From NCBI GenBank assembly GCA_963781585.1, contig CAWAGQ010000006.1:438084-502083 (forward strand): a stretch of DNA of 64,000 nucleotides, read 5' to 3'. This stretch comes from an uncultured Gemmatimonadaceae bacterium (GTDB lineage Bacteria; Gemmatimonadota; Gemmatimonadetes; Gemmatimonadales; Gemmatimonadaceae). Shown in pieces: positions 38,762-47,230 of this stretch. Position 1 is the first letter of the stretch; every line of letters begins with the position of its first letter. The notes under the pieces are model-generated. The model was not told the origin of the DNA. It did not search any database and worked only from the letters and a program-made list of their open reading frames with translations. A program made the translations under genes and the position numbers.

Positions 38762-40726
38762 CTACGGATTCACGTCCCAGATGTCGAGCGCATCGGCGCC
38801 GACGAAGTCACAGCCGTGCTCGGCCGCGTCCGTCACCGAGCAGTTCGCAGCCACCAGCCCGGCGCCCACGTATCCGCCGGCGATCAGTCCCGACGACGAG
38901 CTGCTCGAGAACGCCGTGCCCGTCTTGTACTGGCAGTGCGAGATGTGGCACTTGGAGCCGGCGGTCCCCGGCATCTGCGAGCCAAGGTCGTAGACCTCGG
39001 CGGTAAAGTCGACGCGATCGCCCGACTCGGCGATCCACCCCGCGTTCGTGAAGTTGTCCTTCGCGACACTGCCCACGAAGAAATCCCAGCGTCCGGTCGC
39101 CGGATCCACCACGCATTCGTACTCCTGCGTCGTCCCGACTACGGGGAACCCGGGGTCGTTGTGGATGGTGTTGTGGTAGTCCGCGGGATTCGGTCCCGCC
39201 TGGACTTCGTACTTGAGATACTGGACGACCGCCGCCGCGCCGCTGCTGCGCCGCCGCGTGATGCCGATCTGCCCCCACTTCGTGATATCGCCCTTGGTCA
39301 CCCCCGTCCACACTGTGGTGAACGCCTCGTAGGTTGCCGTGCCCTCGCAGGGCAGATTCATCGGGAAGGTGTCGATCGTCGCCTTGCAGCCGAGCAGCCG
39401 GGGGACGTGCTTGCTCGCCCCGGCGTACCAGCGCGGCCCGCCGGCGATACGCGGCGCGCACGACGAGCTGCTCGAGCGGCTTGATGATGATCGGACCGAC
39501 GAGCTCGACGACGCACTGGATGAGGAACTGCTTGACGAAGACGAGCTGACGGACGACGACGAGCTGCTCGGCGATGCACTGCTGGACGACGAGGCGACCG
39601 CCGACCCCGCGGCGCTGCTCGACGAACTCCCGGGAAGTTCCGCCGCGGCGCTCGAGCTGCTGCCGCAGTTGCTCGACGGAATGCCGAGCCCGGTGCCTGC
39701 GTCGCCTGCGATCCTGATGCCCATCGCCGCGAGCACGGTCCCGATGTGATTGGCGACGCCACGGTTCCGTGTGCCGCGGTCGGCGCCCCACAGCAGGCCG
39801 ACGACCTTGCCGTCGCTGTTGACGATCACCGATCCCGAGTCCCCGAAGTAGGCAAACCTGGGGAACCCGGGCAGGGGATTGATCAGGATCTGACTTCCCT
39901 CATACAGCACGTCGACCACGGTGCCGCGCGTGAGCCGCGTGGCCGACCCGCGCTTGCGCACCTCTGAGAAACAGACGGCCTGCGCCACCCCGGTCAGCGC
40001 TCCGATGTCCACCACCTGGTTCAGGGTACCACCCGCCGTCACGCCGCTCACCGCGTCGCCGTCGAGCTGCACGATCGCACAATCGACCTGCGTCGTCTTC
40101 TGCGAGCGCAGCACCGCGCCGATCTCGTTGAAGGTGCAGCAACAGCAGCAGGTGATATGTCGCGGCTGCCCCACCTTCACGCCGTTGCAGGCAAAGCTCG
40201 TCGGCGCGCCCGACGCCGCGGACCCACTCGATGCCGAACCGGCGCCGACGTTGAACTCCGTGCCGGCGCACGCGATGTGCTGGCTCGTCAGCGCCACCAT
40301 CGTCCCGTCGGTCGTCTGCGCGAGACAGCCGATCGTCCCCATGCCGCGGGTATTGTCGCCCTCGAACTTCGCCGTGCGGAGCTGCGATCCCCCCTGGAGC
40401 GGCCGGTACTTGGTGGTGTCGCGATTCGGCGCGAACGCGACCAGCGAGCTCGAGGACATCGCCTCGAGGGCGGGTGCGACGATCACGTCCGTGCGTACGC
40501 CGAACACGTCGGCCGGCACGCGATACGAAACAGGAAGAACCGCGGCGTCGAGCTTCTCGGCGACGTACACGCGATACGCCAGCTCGGGCACCAGCTCGCC
40601 CCGGATTTCGCGCGCACCCACACCGACACTCAGTACGCCGGGATAGCGCGACAGGATCGCCGACGCCTCGTCGTATCGGTCGACCAGCTGCTGCTGCCGG
40701 TTGAGGACCTCGCGATCGATCGGCAT
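38762..40726 (-). CDS. Trypsin-like (Nal1-like) serine protease with CCCC motif, poly-Ser linker and C-terminal beta domain (glutamic peptidase G1/neprosin-like?)
   Basis: Prodomain SVGVGARE..YRVYVAEK..GVRTDV, triad LTSQHI / VDCAIV / GDSGS, ~70-aa Ser-rich tract, then a domain with VWTGV..WGQIG..DFTAEV. Confidence 0.82.
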   Translation of the reverse strand: MPIDREVLNRQQQLVDRYDEASAILSRYPGVLSVGVGAREIRGELVPELAYRVYVAEKLDAAVLPVSYRVPADVFGVRTDVIVAPALEAMSSSSLVAFAPNRDTTKYRPLQGGSQLRTAKFEGDNTRGMGTIGCLAQTTDGTMVALTSQHIACAGTEFNVGAGSASSGSAASGAPTSFACNGVKVGQPRHITCCCCCTFNEIGAVLRSQKTTQVDCAIVQLDGDAVSGVTAGGTLNQVVDIGALTGVAQAVCFSEVRKRGSATRLTRGTVVDVLYEGSQILINPLPGFPRFAYFGDSGSVIVNSDGKVVGLLWGADRGTRNRGVANHIGTVLAAMGIRIAGDAGTGLGIPSSNCGSSSSAAAELPGSSSSSAAGSAVASSSSSASPSSSSSSVSSSSSSSSSSSASSSSSVRSSSSRSSSSSCAPRIAGGPRWYAGASKHVPRLLGCKATIDTFPMNLPCEGTATYEAFTTVWTGVTKGDITKWGQIGITRRRSSGAAAVVQYLKYEVQAGPNPADYHNTIHNDPGFPVVGTTQEYECVVDPATGRWDFFVGSVAKDNFTNAGWIAESGDRVDFTAEVYDLGSQMPGTAGSKCHISHCQYKTGTAFSSSSSSGLIAGGYVGAGLVAANCSVTDAAEHGCDFVGADALDIWDVNP

Positions 40727-40729
40727 CGC

Positions 40730-43102
40730 TCAGGCCGTTGTCCCGATAACGATCCGCCGTCGGCTGTACGAACGCATGTTCGTCTCGATCAGCGCGTCGC
40801 GACAGGTGTACCCGACGGCCTCCACGCTTCGCATCACCGCGTCGAGGATCTCGCCGTTGTGGTAGTCGGCTGCCGTCTCGAACAGGCACACGCGCGGCCG
40901 GTAGTGCCGCACGAGGAATCGCATGTTCGGTTCGGCGAGCTGCGCGTCCCATGAGCAGTAGCCGTGGCTCAGCCCGAGGGCTACCAGCACGTCGGCGTGC
41001 TCGGGGAGATTCGCGTGGGCGAGGTGCTTCTCCTCGATTTGCTCCCACCGCCGCCCGGGATACTCGGCGCGCAGCCGGGCGATGATCGCCGGATCGATGT
41101 CGAAACCGAAGACGCGGTCGTGGCGATAGTACTCGTTGAGCGGCGAAAAGCCGCAGTAGGCCTCGAAGATCCGGTCGTCCGGCCGCAGCAGCGGACCCAG
41201 ATGGTCCATGATCATGCTGCCGCGGTCGGATGGCGCGGTGAGGTAGCTCCACTTGTCCTCGACGCGCGGCGGGCGCGCGACCGCGACCAGGCTCAGCCCC
41301 GCGTCGAGGTGGAGCGTCGTCACTTCGATGCCGCGCGTACGGAGCGACTGCATCGTCCACGACACACCGCAGTTCGGATTCGTAGAGTCGTGAAACAGCA
41401 CGACGCCGTCCGACATCAACGTCGAGTAATTGTCGAAGTCGCGCAGACTCTGCTGGTGCGTGTGCGCGCCGTCGATGACCACCAGCCCGACATACCGGCC
41501 TTGCGTCATGTCGCGCACCGCGTCCAGCGCGTCGTCGGAGCGCATTTTGAAATGCCGAATCCACGGCGCAAGGCCAAAGAGACCGAACCACTTCTCGACT
41601 TCCGTGGAGTGCTCCCAGTGACCGCGCCCGTCCCAGGCCGGATCACCGCTGCCGGCATACGACGGATCGATGAAGATCACCTGTCCGTGCCCGTTGTCCT
41701 GCAGCCCACGAGCGACGCAGAGCGGCGAGAATCCGCGGGCCGAGCCGATGACCACGGCGAAATCGGGGCGGAGGTTGCGCGCCATACTATAGTAGAGCCA
41801 GCCGAACCCGAGATCGCCGCTGCCGGTGTTCTGCGACAGGGGCTCGGCGTACGCCACCGCCTTTTCGATGAACTCGTTCAGGGACAACGCGGCGCGTGTT
41901 GAGGCGCTGTGCTTCCCCGGAATCGGCACCAGCTCCGTTTCACCGGACGCGCTGCTCCAGCCGAGCGAGCCCGGTTGCAGCACGGTCGACGGAACGCTGT
42001 CGGCGCCGATCTCCAGTGCGAGCCGGTTGCCCGAGAGGTACACGTCCCACCTTCGTTCGGTGTCGGTCGCCCCGATTCCCACCCGACCGTCGCTCATGAA
42101 CGACATCGGCCAGTAGCCGTACCCGTCGCGCACGAACCGATAGACAGTGGTGATGAGCTCGCGTCGCGCCTCGATGACGTCGCGCTGGCCGGCGCGCATC
42201 CCGCCGCTGCCGACGACGCCGTTCCATGATCGGCGCAGCTCCTCGAGGAATCCGCGGCACTCGGCCTCGTATCGAAACGACGGCACCGCGGGATTGTCGC
42301 CGTCGAAGTTCCACTTTGCACGGTTCCGATGCTGAAACAGCAGGTCGCCGCTGAAATCGTATTGGAAGAACGTGCCGCCCTGGAGGAGCATCGCGTGCCG
42401 CGGCATGGCGTACGGCTGGCCGACTTTGCGGAACGCGAAGTGGAACGTCTCCTTGTCGCCGTGAACGTGGCGATAATAGAAGTCGGAGTGGTCGTTGTAG
42501 AACTTCGTCAGGACGAGCGCCTGCCAGCAGCGCTCCTTGTTGACGACGATCTGCCCCGACTCGAACTCCGGCTCATCGAGATACGGCACGCCGAAGACGC
42601 CCCAGATCGGGCTGTCGCCCGGCATGCGGCCCAGGTCGGGCCAGAAGAGCGCGCCCGTCTGCCGGTACTCCCAGGACTCGAAGAGGAATTCCGGGTTCCT
42701 CGCGACGTAATTGTCGGCGTCGAGCAGCATCACTTCGCGGAACGGCGAGTGAATGATCGAGTATGGTTTGACTTCCCAGCCACGGAGAATCCGCGCGGGA
42801 TGCACGTCGCGAACCGCCAGCGCGTCGATGCACTCGACGCCGAGGGGCGCGATCAGCTCCTCCATGAACGGGTCGATTTCGTTCGCGCCGAGATACCAGA
42901 GCTGCACCGGCAGCGTGCATCCGACGTGACGCAGCAGGGATATGGCGATCCAGGCGTTCGTGAAGTACGTCGTACCGCCGCCGCACATCACGATCCCGCG
43001 GCCGTGGAACGTGTCGGGGTAGTCGCCGATCGTGGCGATGAAGGCCTCGGCGCGGCTGCGCGCCGTGGTGTCGGCGAGCGCTTCGTCGGTGAACAGTTCC
43101 AT
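40730..43102 (-). CDS. GT71/MNN2-like mannosyltransferase fused to two SAM-methyltransferase-like domains
   Basis: GRGIVMCGG, GWEVKPYSIIHSPFREVMLLDADN, TGALFWPD, EFESGQIVVNK, HGDKETF; then VIGSARGFS..IDGAHT..FHDS (Methyltransf_24-like) and IFEAYCGF..GFDID. TGATG overlap at the start. Confidence 0.8.
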   Translation of the reverse strand: MELFTDEALADTTARSRAEAFIATIGDYPDTFHGRGIVMCGGGTTYFTNAWIAISLLRHVGCTLPVQLWYLGANEIDPFMEELIAPLGVECIDALAVRDVHPARILRGWEVKPYSIIHSPFREVMLLDADNYVARNPEFLFESWEYRQTGALFWPDLGRMPGDSPIWGVFGVPYLDEPEFESGQIVVNKERCWQALVLTKFYNDHSDFYYRHVHGDKETFHFAFRKVGQPYAMPRHAMLLQGGTFFQYDFSGDLLFQHRNRAKWNFDGDNPAVPSFRYEAECRGFLEELRRSWNGVVGSGGMRAGQRDVIEARRELITTVYRFVRDGYGYWPMSFMSDGRVGIGATDTERRWDVYLSGNRLALEIGADSVPSTVLQPGSLGWSSASGETELVPIPGKHSASTRAALSLNEFIEKAVAYAEPLSQNTGSGDLGFGWLYYSMARNLRPDFAVVIGSARGFSPLCVARGLQDNGHGQVIFIDPSYAGSGDPAWDGRGHWEHSTEVEKWFGLFGLAPWIRHFKMRSDDALDAVRDMTQGRYVGLVVIDGAHTHQQSLRDFDNYSTLMSDGVVLFHDSTNPNCGVSWTMQSLRTRGIEVTTLHLDAGLSLVAVARPPRVEDKWSYLTAPSDRGSMIMDHLGPLLRPDDRIFEAYCGFSPLNEYYRHDRVFGFDIDPAIIARLRAEYPGRRWEQIEEKHLAHANLPEHADVLVALGLSHGYCSWDAQLAEPNMRFLVRHYRPRVCLFETAADYHNGEILDAVMRSVEAVGYTCRDALIETNMRSYSRRRIVIGTTA

Positions 43103-44091
43103 CAGTTCGCCAGTGCCGTCGAACGCGCGTCCGGGTTCGCGTACGACAGCGATCCCGCCGCGTAGTACAGTTCGATCCGCCGGACCACGTCTCCGGCAGT
43201 GATCATATCGAGGCAGTGCGGCAACTCGCCGACCACGTCGGTGCACAGATGCTCGGGCAGATCCTTCTCGTCGCCGTCGCCGAGCGGCTTCACCCGCGAC
43301 TTCCAGCAGCCGCCGTCGTCGCAGCAGGGAAGGGCGCCGTTGGTGTGAATGAACTGATGGTGGGGGTACGCTTCCCACTGCGGGGGCTCGCGCCCGCCCG
43401 CGACGACCACACACGCGCGCTGCCTCGGCATGCCCGGCTTCGTCTCGATCGCCGCCGCCAGGTGCATCAGCAGGCTCACCGGCGTGAGCACACCCGCGGC
43501 GTGATACACCAGACGCACGAGCTGGCGCAGATCTGTCTGGCCGCGGAGATCGATCACGCCGTTGAGTGGGGGGTGATGATGCTGGGTCTCACCCACCTGC
43601 ACGAACTGAATCCTGCCGGCGAAGTGATCGATCACGTCCTGATAGCGATCCGGGTCCCACCACTTCGTGGTGAAGTCGTACTTGCCGCCGGCGACCACGA
43701 TCCAGAATGGCGTATCTTCGCCGGTGAGCTCCTGCACCTGCGACATCCACGACTTCTCGAGACTGGAGAGGGGGACGTCGCCCTTGAATGCGGTCGGCCG
43801 GATGTTGAGCGACAACCGCGCGTTCAGGTGGTCAATGAATCCGAAGAGAAAGTGATAGGGAAGCGTGTTGCTCTGGTGAATGAGCGGATACTCGCATGGG
43901 ATCGTGTCGACATCGGGCTCAGTCTGATCGAGCGGGGCGATGAAGACGTTGTTCTCCCAGAGTTGCGGGCACGACGTCCGGACGTCGGTGATGAACTGAC
44001 CCGGATAGCAGCGATGGAGATCGCGAACCGCTGCCGTCAGCATCACGATGTCGCCGGGCGATTGAAAGTTCGTGAGAACGATCTTTCGCAT
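43102..44091 (-). CDS. Glycosyltransferase family 9-like (heptosyltransferase-like) protein
   Basis: SPGDIVMLTAAVRDL, TTKWW, FVQVG, IDLRGQTDLRQLVRLV, LMHLAAA, Cys-rich PCCDDGGCWK, CLDMIT...V. Confidence 0.85.
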   Translation of the reverse strand: MRKIVLTNFQSPGDIVMLTAAVRDLHRCYPGQFITDVRTSCPQLWENNVFIAPLDQTEPDVDTIPCEYPLIHQSNTLPYHFLFGFIDHLNARLSLNIRPTAFKGDVPLSSLEKSWMSQVQELTGEDTPFWIVVAGGKYDFTTKWWDPDRYQDVIDHFAGRIQFVQVGETQHHHPPLNGVIDLRGQTDLRQLVRLVYHAAGVLTPVSLLMHLAAAIETKPGMPRQRACVVVAGGREPPQWEAYPHHQFIHTNGALPCCDDGGCWKSRVKPLGDGDEKDLPEHLCTDVVGELPHCLDMITAGDVVRRIELYYAAGSLSYANPDARSTALAN

Positions 44092-44479
44092 TCTGCGTCG
44101 CGTGGCGCGCGAGCGGTCCCACCCCGCAACAGCCGGGCGATGCTCGAGCGGAAGGTCTGAGTCGCCCGGTGGATCGACGAACGGCGTGCGACCTGCCATC
44201 GATCTTCCGGACATCCGTCGAAGCATCAGCGCTCGGCGGCGAAGGGGCCAATATCCCGCGAGCATTCTGGTCGGTCAAGGCTGCATGAACGGCCTACACA
44301 CGTGTCCGGCAGGGAGATGCCAGACCCGGCCATTGCACTGGGAGTCGTCGACGACGCAGACTGCTTGCCGGGCGGCTAGTGCAGCCCGAAAGCAGAAACG
44401 GCCCGCCTCGTTATGCGGTCCTCCTCGGGACGACCTGACCGCTCCAGGTCATTCAGATACAGCATGTTGGGCCGGGCAG

Positions 44480-46909
44480 TTACCCTTCGGAGCGTAGCGC
44501 GAGCGCGGGATCTATTCTCGCACTTGAGCGCGACGGGATGAGGCTTGCCAGTAGTGCGATCGTGGTGACGAACAACACGGCTGCCGCCAGGGTTGCTGCG
44601 TCGGTGGCGCGTACTTCATACAGAAGCGAGGAGAGCACCCGATTCGCCAGAAGAGCGGCAGCCAGACCTGCCGCCACGCCCGCACCGGCGATCGCGAGCC
44701 CTCGTCCAATCACAAGGGATTGGATATCCCGTGAAGTTGCACCGAGTGCCATGCGCACCCCGAATTCGCGCGTACGTTGACGCACCATCGCGGACATAGT
44801 GCCGAAGAGACCGATCGCGGCGAGCGTGGCCGCAACGACCGCAAAGACGCCGAGCAGGAAGGCGTTGAGACGGGGCTGAGACAACGGACCTTTCATATAC
44901 GTCTCGAACGGTTCAGCGCCGGCAAGCGCGACCCCGGATACCGTCTCGTTGATCACTCGGCGCACGATCGGCACAAGCGACGCCGGCGAGCCGGCGGTGC
45001 GAATCGCGAGCGTCGTCGGCACGAAGGGAAAGGGCGACTGAGCGAGAGGGTAGTACACGCTTGCCCGCGGTTCGCGCAAGTCGCGATACCGCGTGTCGGG
45101 GACGATACCAACAACCGTGAAGCCCACGTCAAGGATTCCGCCAATGTACAGTCGCCTGCCGATCGGGTCCTGATCGGGCCAGTACTGTCGCGCGGTGGTT
45201 TCGCTGATCACGACCACCTGTTCCGAGCCCGGCCGATCGGTGTCGGCGAATGCGCGCCCCCGCAGCACATGAAGGCCGAACGTGCGGAAGTATTCGGGTG
45301 TGACGACCTCCATGCTGAACATCGGATTCCTGGCCGCTTCAGTGGCTGACTGCCCCTCGAGTCCGGCGCGGCCGGTCCATCCACCCGTCCCGGAAAATGG
45401 TATCGCGACCACCGGAGACACTGCCTGAACGCCAGGCGTGGATCGGAGCTGTGCGAGTAGCGCGCGGATGAGGGGTAGCTGCTGTTCCGCGGTACCGTAG
45501 TGGTCGTAACGGATCGCCAGCTCGGCGATGAGCAGGTGTGAGGAATCGAACTCGAGATCGGCGTTCCGGAGCGCCACGAAACTGCGCGCGAGGAGAGCGG
45601 CCCCCGACAGGACGAGCAAGGCGAGCCCAATCTGTGCGGCGACCAGCGTCTCCCGGGCCATGCGGGCGCCACGACCGCTGCTCTGCCGCGCGCCGGATCT
45701 CAGCACGCCATGAATGTCGGCTCGCGCCGTGAGAAACGCCGGCACGAGCCCGAAGAACAGCGTGGCGACGATCGTGATCACCAGCGCAGCGACAAGAGCA
45801 GCCTTGTTGAGATGGACGGTACTCAACAGCGGCAAGCCGGCGGGCGCGAGCGCGATGAAGCTCCCCGACGCCGCCGAGGCGACCAGCACGCCGGCCGCAC
45901 CACCCGCGCCGGCGAGCATGGCGTTCTCGGTGAGGAGCTGCGTGAAGATCTGCCATTGCGATGCGCCAAGTGCGGCGCGAATGCCGATCTCCCGGAACCG
46001 TGCGAGACCGCGAACGAGCAGGAGGTTGGCGACGTTGATGCATGTGAGAAGCAGCAGAAGCGCGGCCGCCGCCGCGAAGACGAGGACCGCCTGACGCACG
46101 TCGCCGAGTATCACGCGCGGTAGCGGGTGAGCGACGCCGCGCATGTCCCGCAGCCACGGAGACGCGCCCGCACGCGTGAAGTACGCGGTCAGCTCCGTCT
46201 GGGCGTTTTCAGCCGTGGCATTCACGGCCAGCCGGCCGACGAGGTCGAGTGCCGTATACGCCGTCGTGTCGTTCTCACTGCGCAGTCGCGAGGGAACGAA
46301 TGGCGCCCAGACGTCGGTGCCCGGCGGATACTCGAGGCCCGGCGGCATCACCCCGACGATCTTCGCGCTGATGCCGAATTCCGCGAGCGTCAACGTTGTC
46401 CCGACGACGCCCGGATCGGCGCCGTACTGCCGTTGCCATGCCGCATGACTGAGGACAACCACCGGCGCCGCGCCCACGACGTCATCAGCCGGTCTCAGTG
46501 CACGGCCGATGACCGGGCGCGCGCCGAGGACGTCGAACCAGTTTCCCGACACGAGGGCGCGGCGCATTCGCGTGATGCGGTCGCCGTTGCGGATTGCAAC
46601 CGGCCACGCGCCCTCATAGGCGAAGTACGCCACGCCCTTGAGCGTGCGCGCGTCACGCGTGAACTCGCGCGTCTGTTTCAGGTCGAGCGGCGAGTTGTCC
46701 AGGCTGCCGTCGCGCTTTTCCCCCCAGAGCGTGATGAGTCGGTCCTGATCAACGACCGGCAGTTTGCGAATGAGGAGGGCATCGGCGACCGTGTAGACCG
46801 CGGTCGAGAGCCCGATGCCAAGCGCCAGCGTGATAGTTGCGGTGAGTGCGAAGGCCGGCGGACGAAAGACCGTGCGGGCGCGTATCCGAACCGAGTGCAT
46901 CAGGCCCAT
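44480..46909 (-). CDS. ABC transporter permease, duplicated MacB_PCD/FtsX (ADOP-type orphan permease)
   Basis: TLALGIG.STAVY, C.NVANLLLVRG..R.REIGIRAALGA, VRQRTREFGVRMALGA, RIDPALALRSE. Confidence 0.92.
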   Translation of the reverse strand: MGLMHSVRIRARTVFRPPAFALTATITLALGIGLSTAVYTVADALLIRKLPVVDQDRLITLWGEKRDGSLDNSPLDLKQTREFTRDARTLKGVAYFAYEGAWPVAIRNGDRITRMRRALVSGNWFDVLGARPVIGRALRPADDVVGAAPVVVLSHAAWQRQYGADPGVVGTTLTLAEFGISAKIVGVMPPGLEYPPGTDVWAPFVPSRLRSENDTTAYTALDLVGRLAVNATAENAQTELTAYFTRAGASPWLRDMRGVAHPLPRVILGDVRQAVLVFAAAAALLLLLTCINVANLLLVRGLARFREIGIRAALGASQWQIFTQLLTENAMLAGAGGAAGVLVASAASGSFIALAPAGLPLLSTVHLNKAALVAALVITIVATLFFGLVPAFLTARADIHGVLRSGARQSSGRGARMARETLVAAQIGLALLVLSGAALLARSFVALRNADLEFDSSHLLIAELAIRYDHYGTAEQQLPLIRALLAQLRSTPGVQAVSPVVAIPFSGTGGWTGRAGLEGQSATEAARNPMFSMEVVTPEYFRTFGLHVLRGRAFADTDRPGSEQVVVISETTARQYWPDQDPIGRRLYIGGILDVGFTVVGIVPDTRYRDLREPRASVYYPLAQSPFPFVPTTLAIRTAGSPASLVPIVRRVINETVSGVALAGAEPFETYMKGPLSQPRLNAFLLGVFAVVAATLAAIGLFGTMSAMVRQRTREFGVRMALGATSRDIQSLVIGRGLAIAGAGVAAGLAAALLANRVLSSLLYEVRATDAATLAAAVLFVTTIALLASLIPSRSSARIDPALALRSEG

Positions 46910-46921
46910 GGCATCATCGCA

Positions 46922-47002
46922 AGTCGTCCAGCATCCGGGTGGTCGGCAAGCGTCATCTCTCTGTCAGTCGTCCAGCATCCGGGTGGTCGGCAAGCGTCAT
47001 CT
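46922..47002. repeat. Perfect 37-bp direct repeat x2 with 7-bp spacer
   Basis: agtcgtccagcatccgggtggtcggcaagcgtcatct at 46922-46958 and 46966-47002. Confidence 0.9.
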
Positions 47003-47230
47003 GCCCCTGGTTGAACCGTGTGACGATCCAACGAACGGCGTTCTGCGGCGAACGCTCGGATAGAATGCAACGAGCGAACGGCGTTCGCGAGGAGCGACCG
47101 GGAGGGCAGGCCGTGCGCGGGCGGGAACTCGGCCCGCACGGGAATGCAGCACCGCGGTCATCTCGAGCAGGCCGCCCGGCCGTTACCTCAACGCTTGATG
47201 TTATGACCAGCGCGAGGTAGGATTTGGCGC

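Noticed and set aside
22322..44091. Prophage, eCIS/T6SS or Tc-toxin assignment for the large operon
   Set aside because: No recognisable terminase, portal, sheath, tube, baseplate, VgrG/PAAR, Rhs/YD or SpvB motifs. A remote structural relationship cannot be excluded without searches.
46922..47002. 37-bp repeat as a CRISPR array
   Set aside because: Only two copies, a 7-bp spacer and no cas genes in the window.
44385..47210. Further attC-like ends (gcagaaacg..GTTATGC at 44410, GTTATGA at 47200)
   Set aside because: The cores deviate from GTTRRRY and no convincing paired palindrome could be established by eye.
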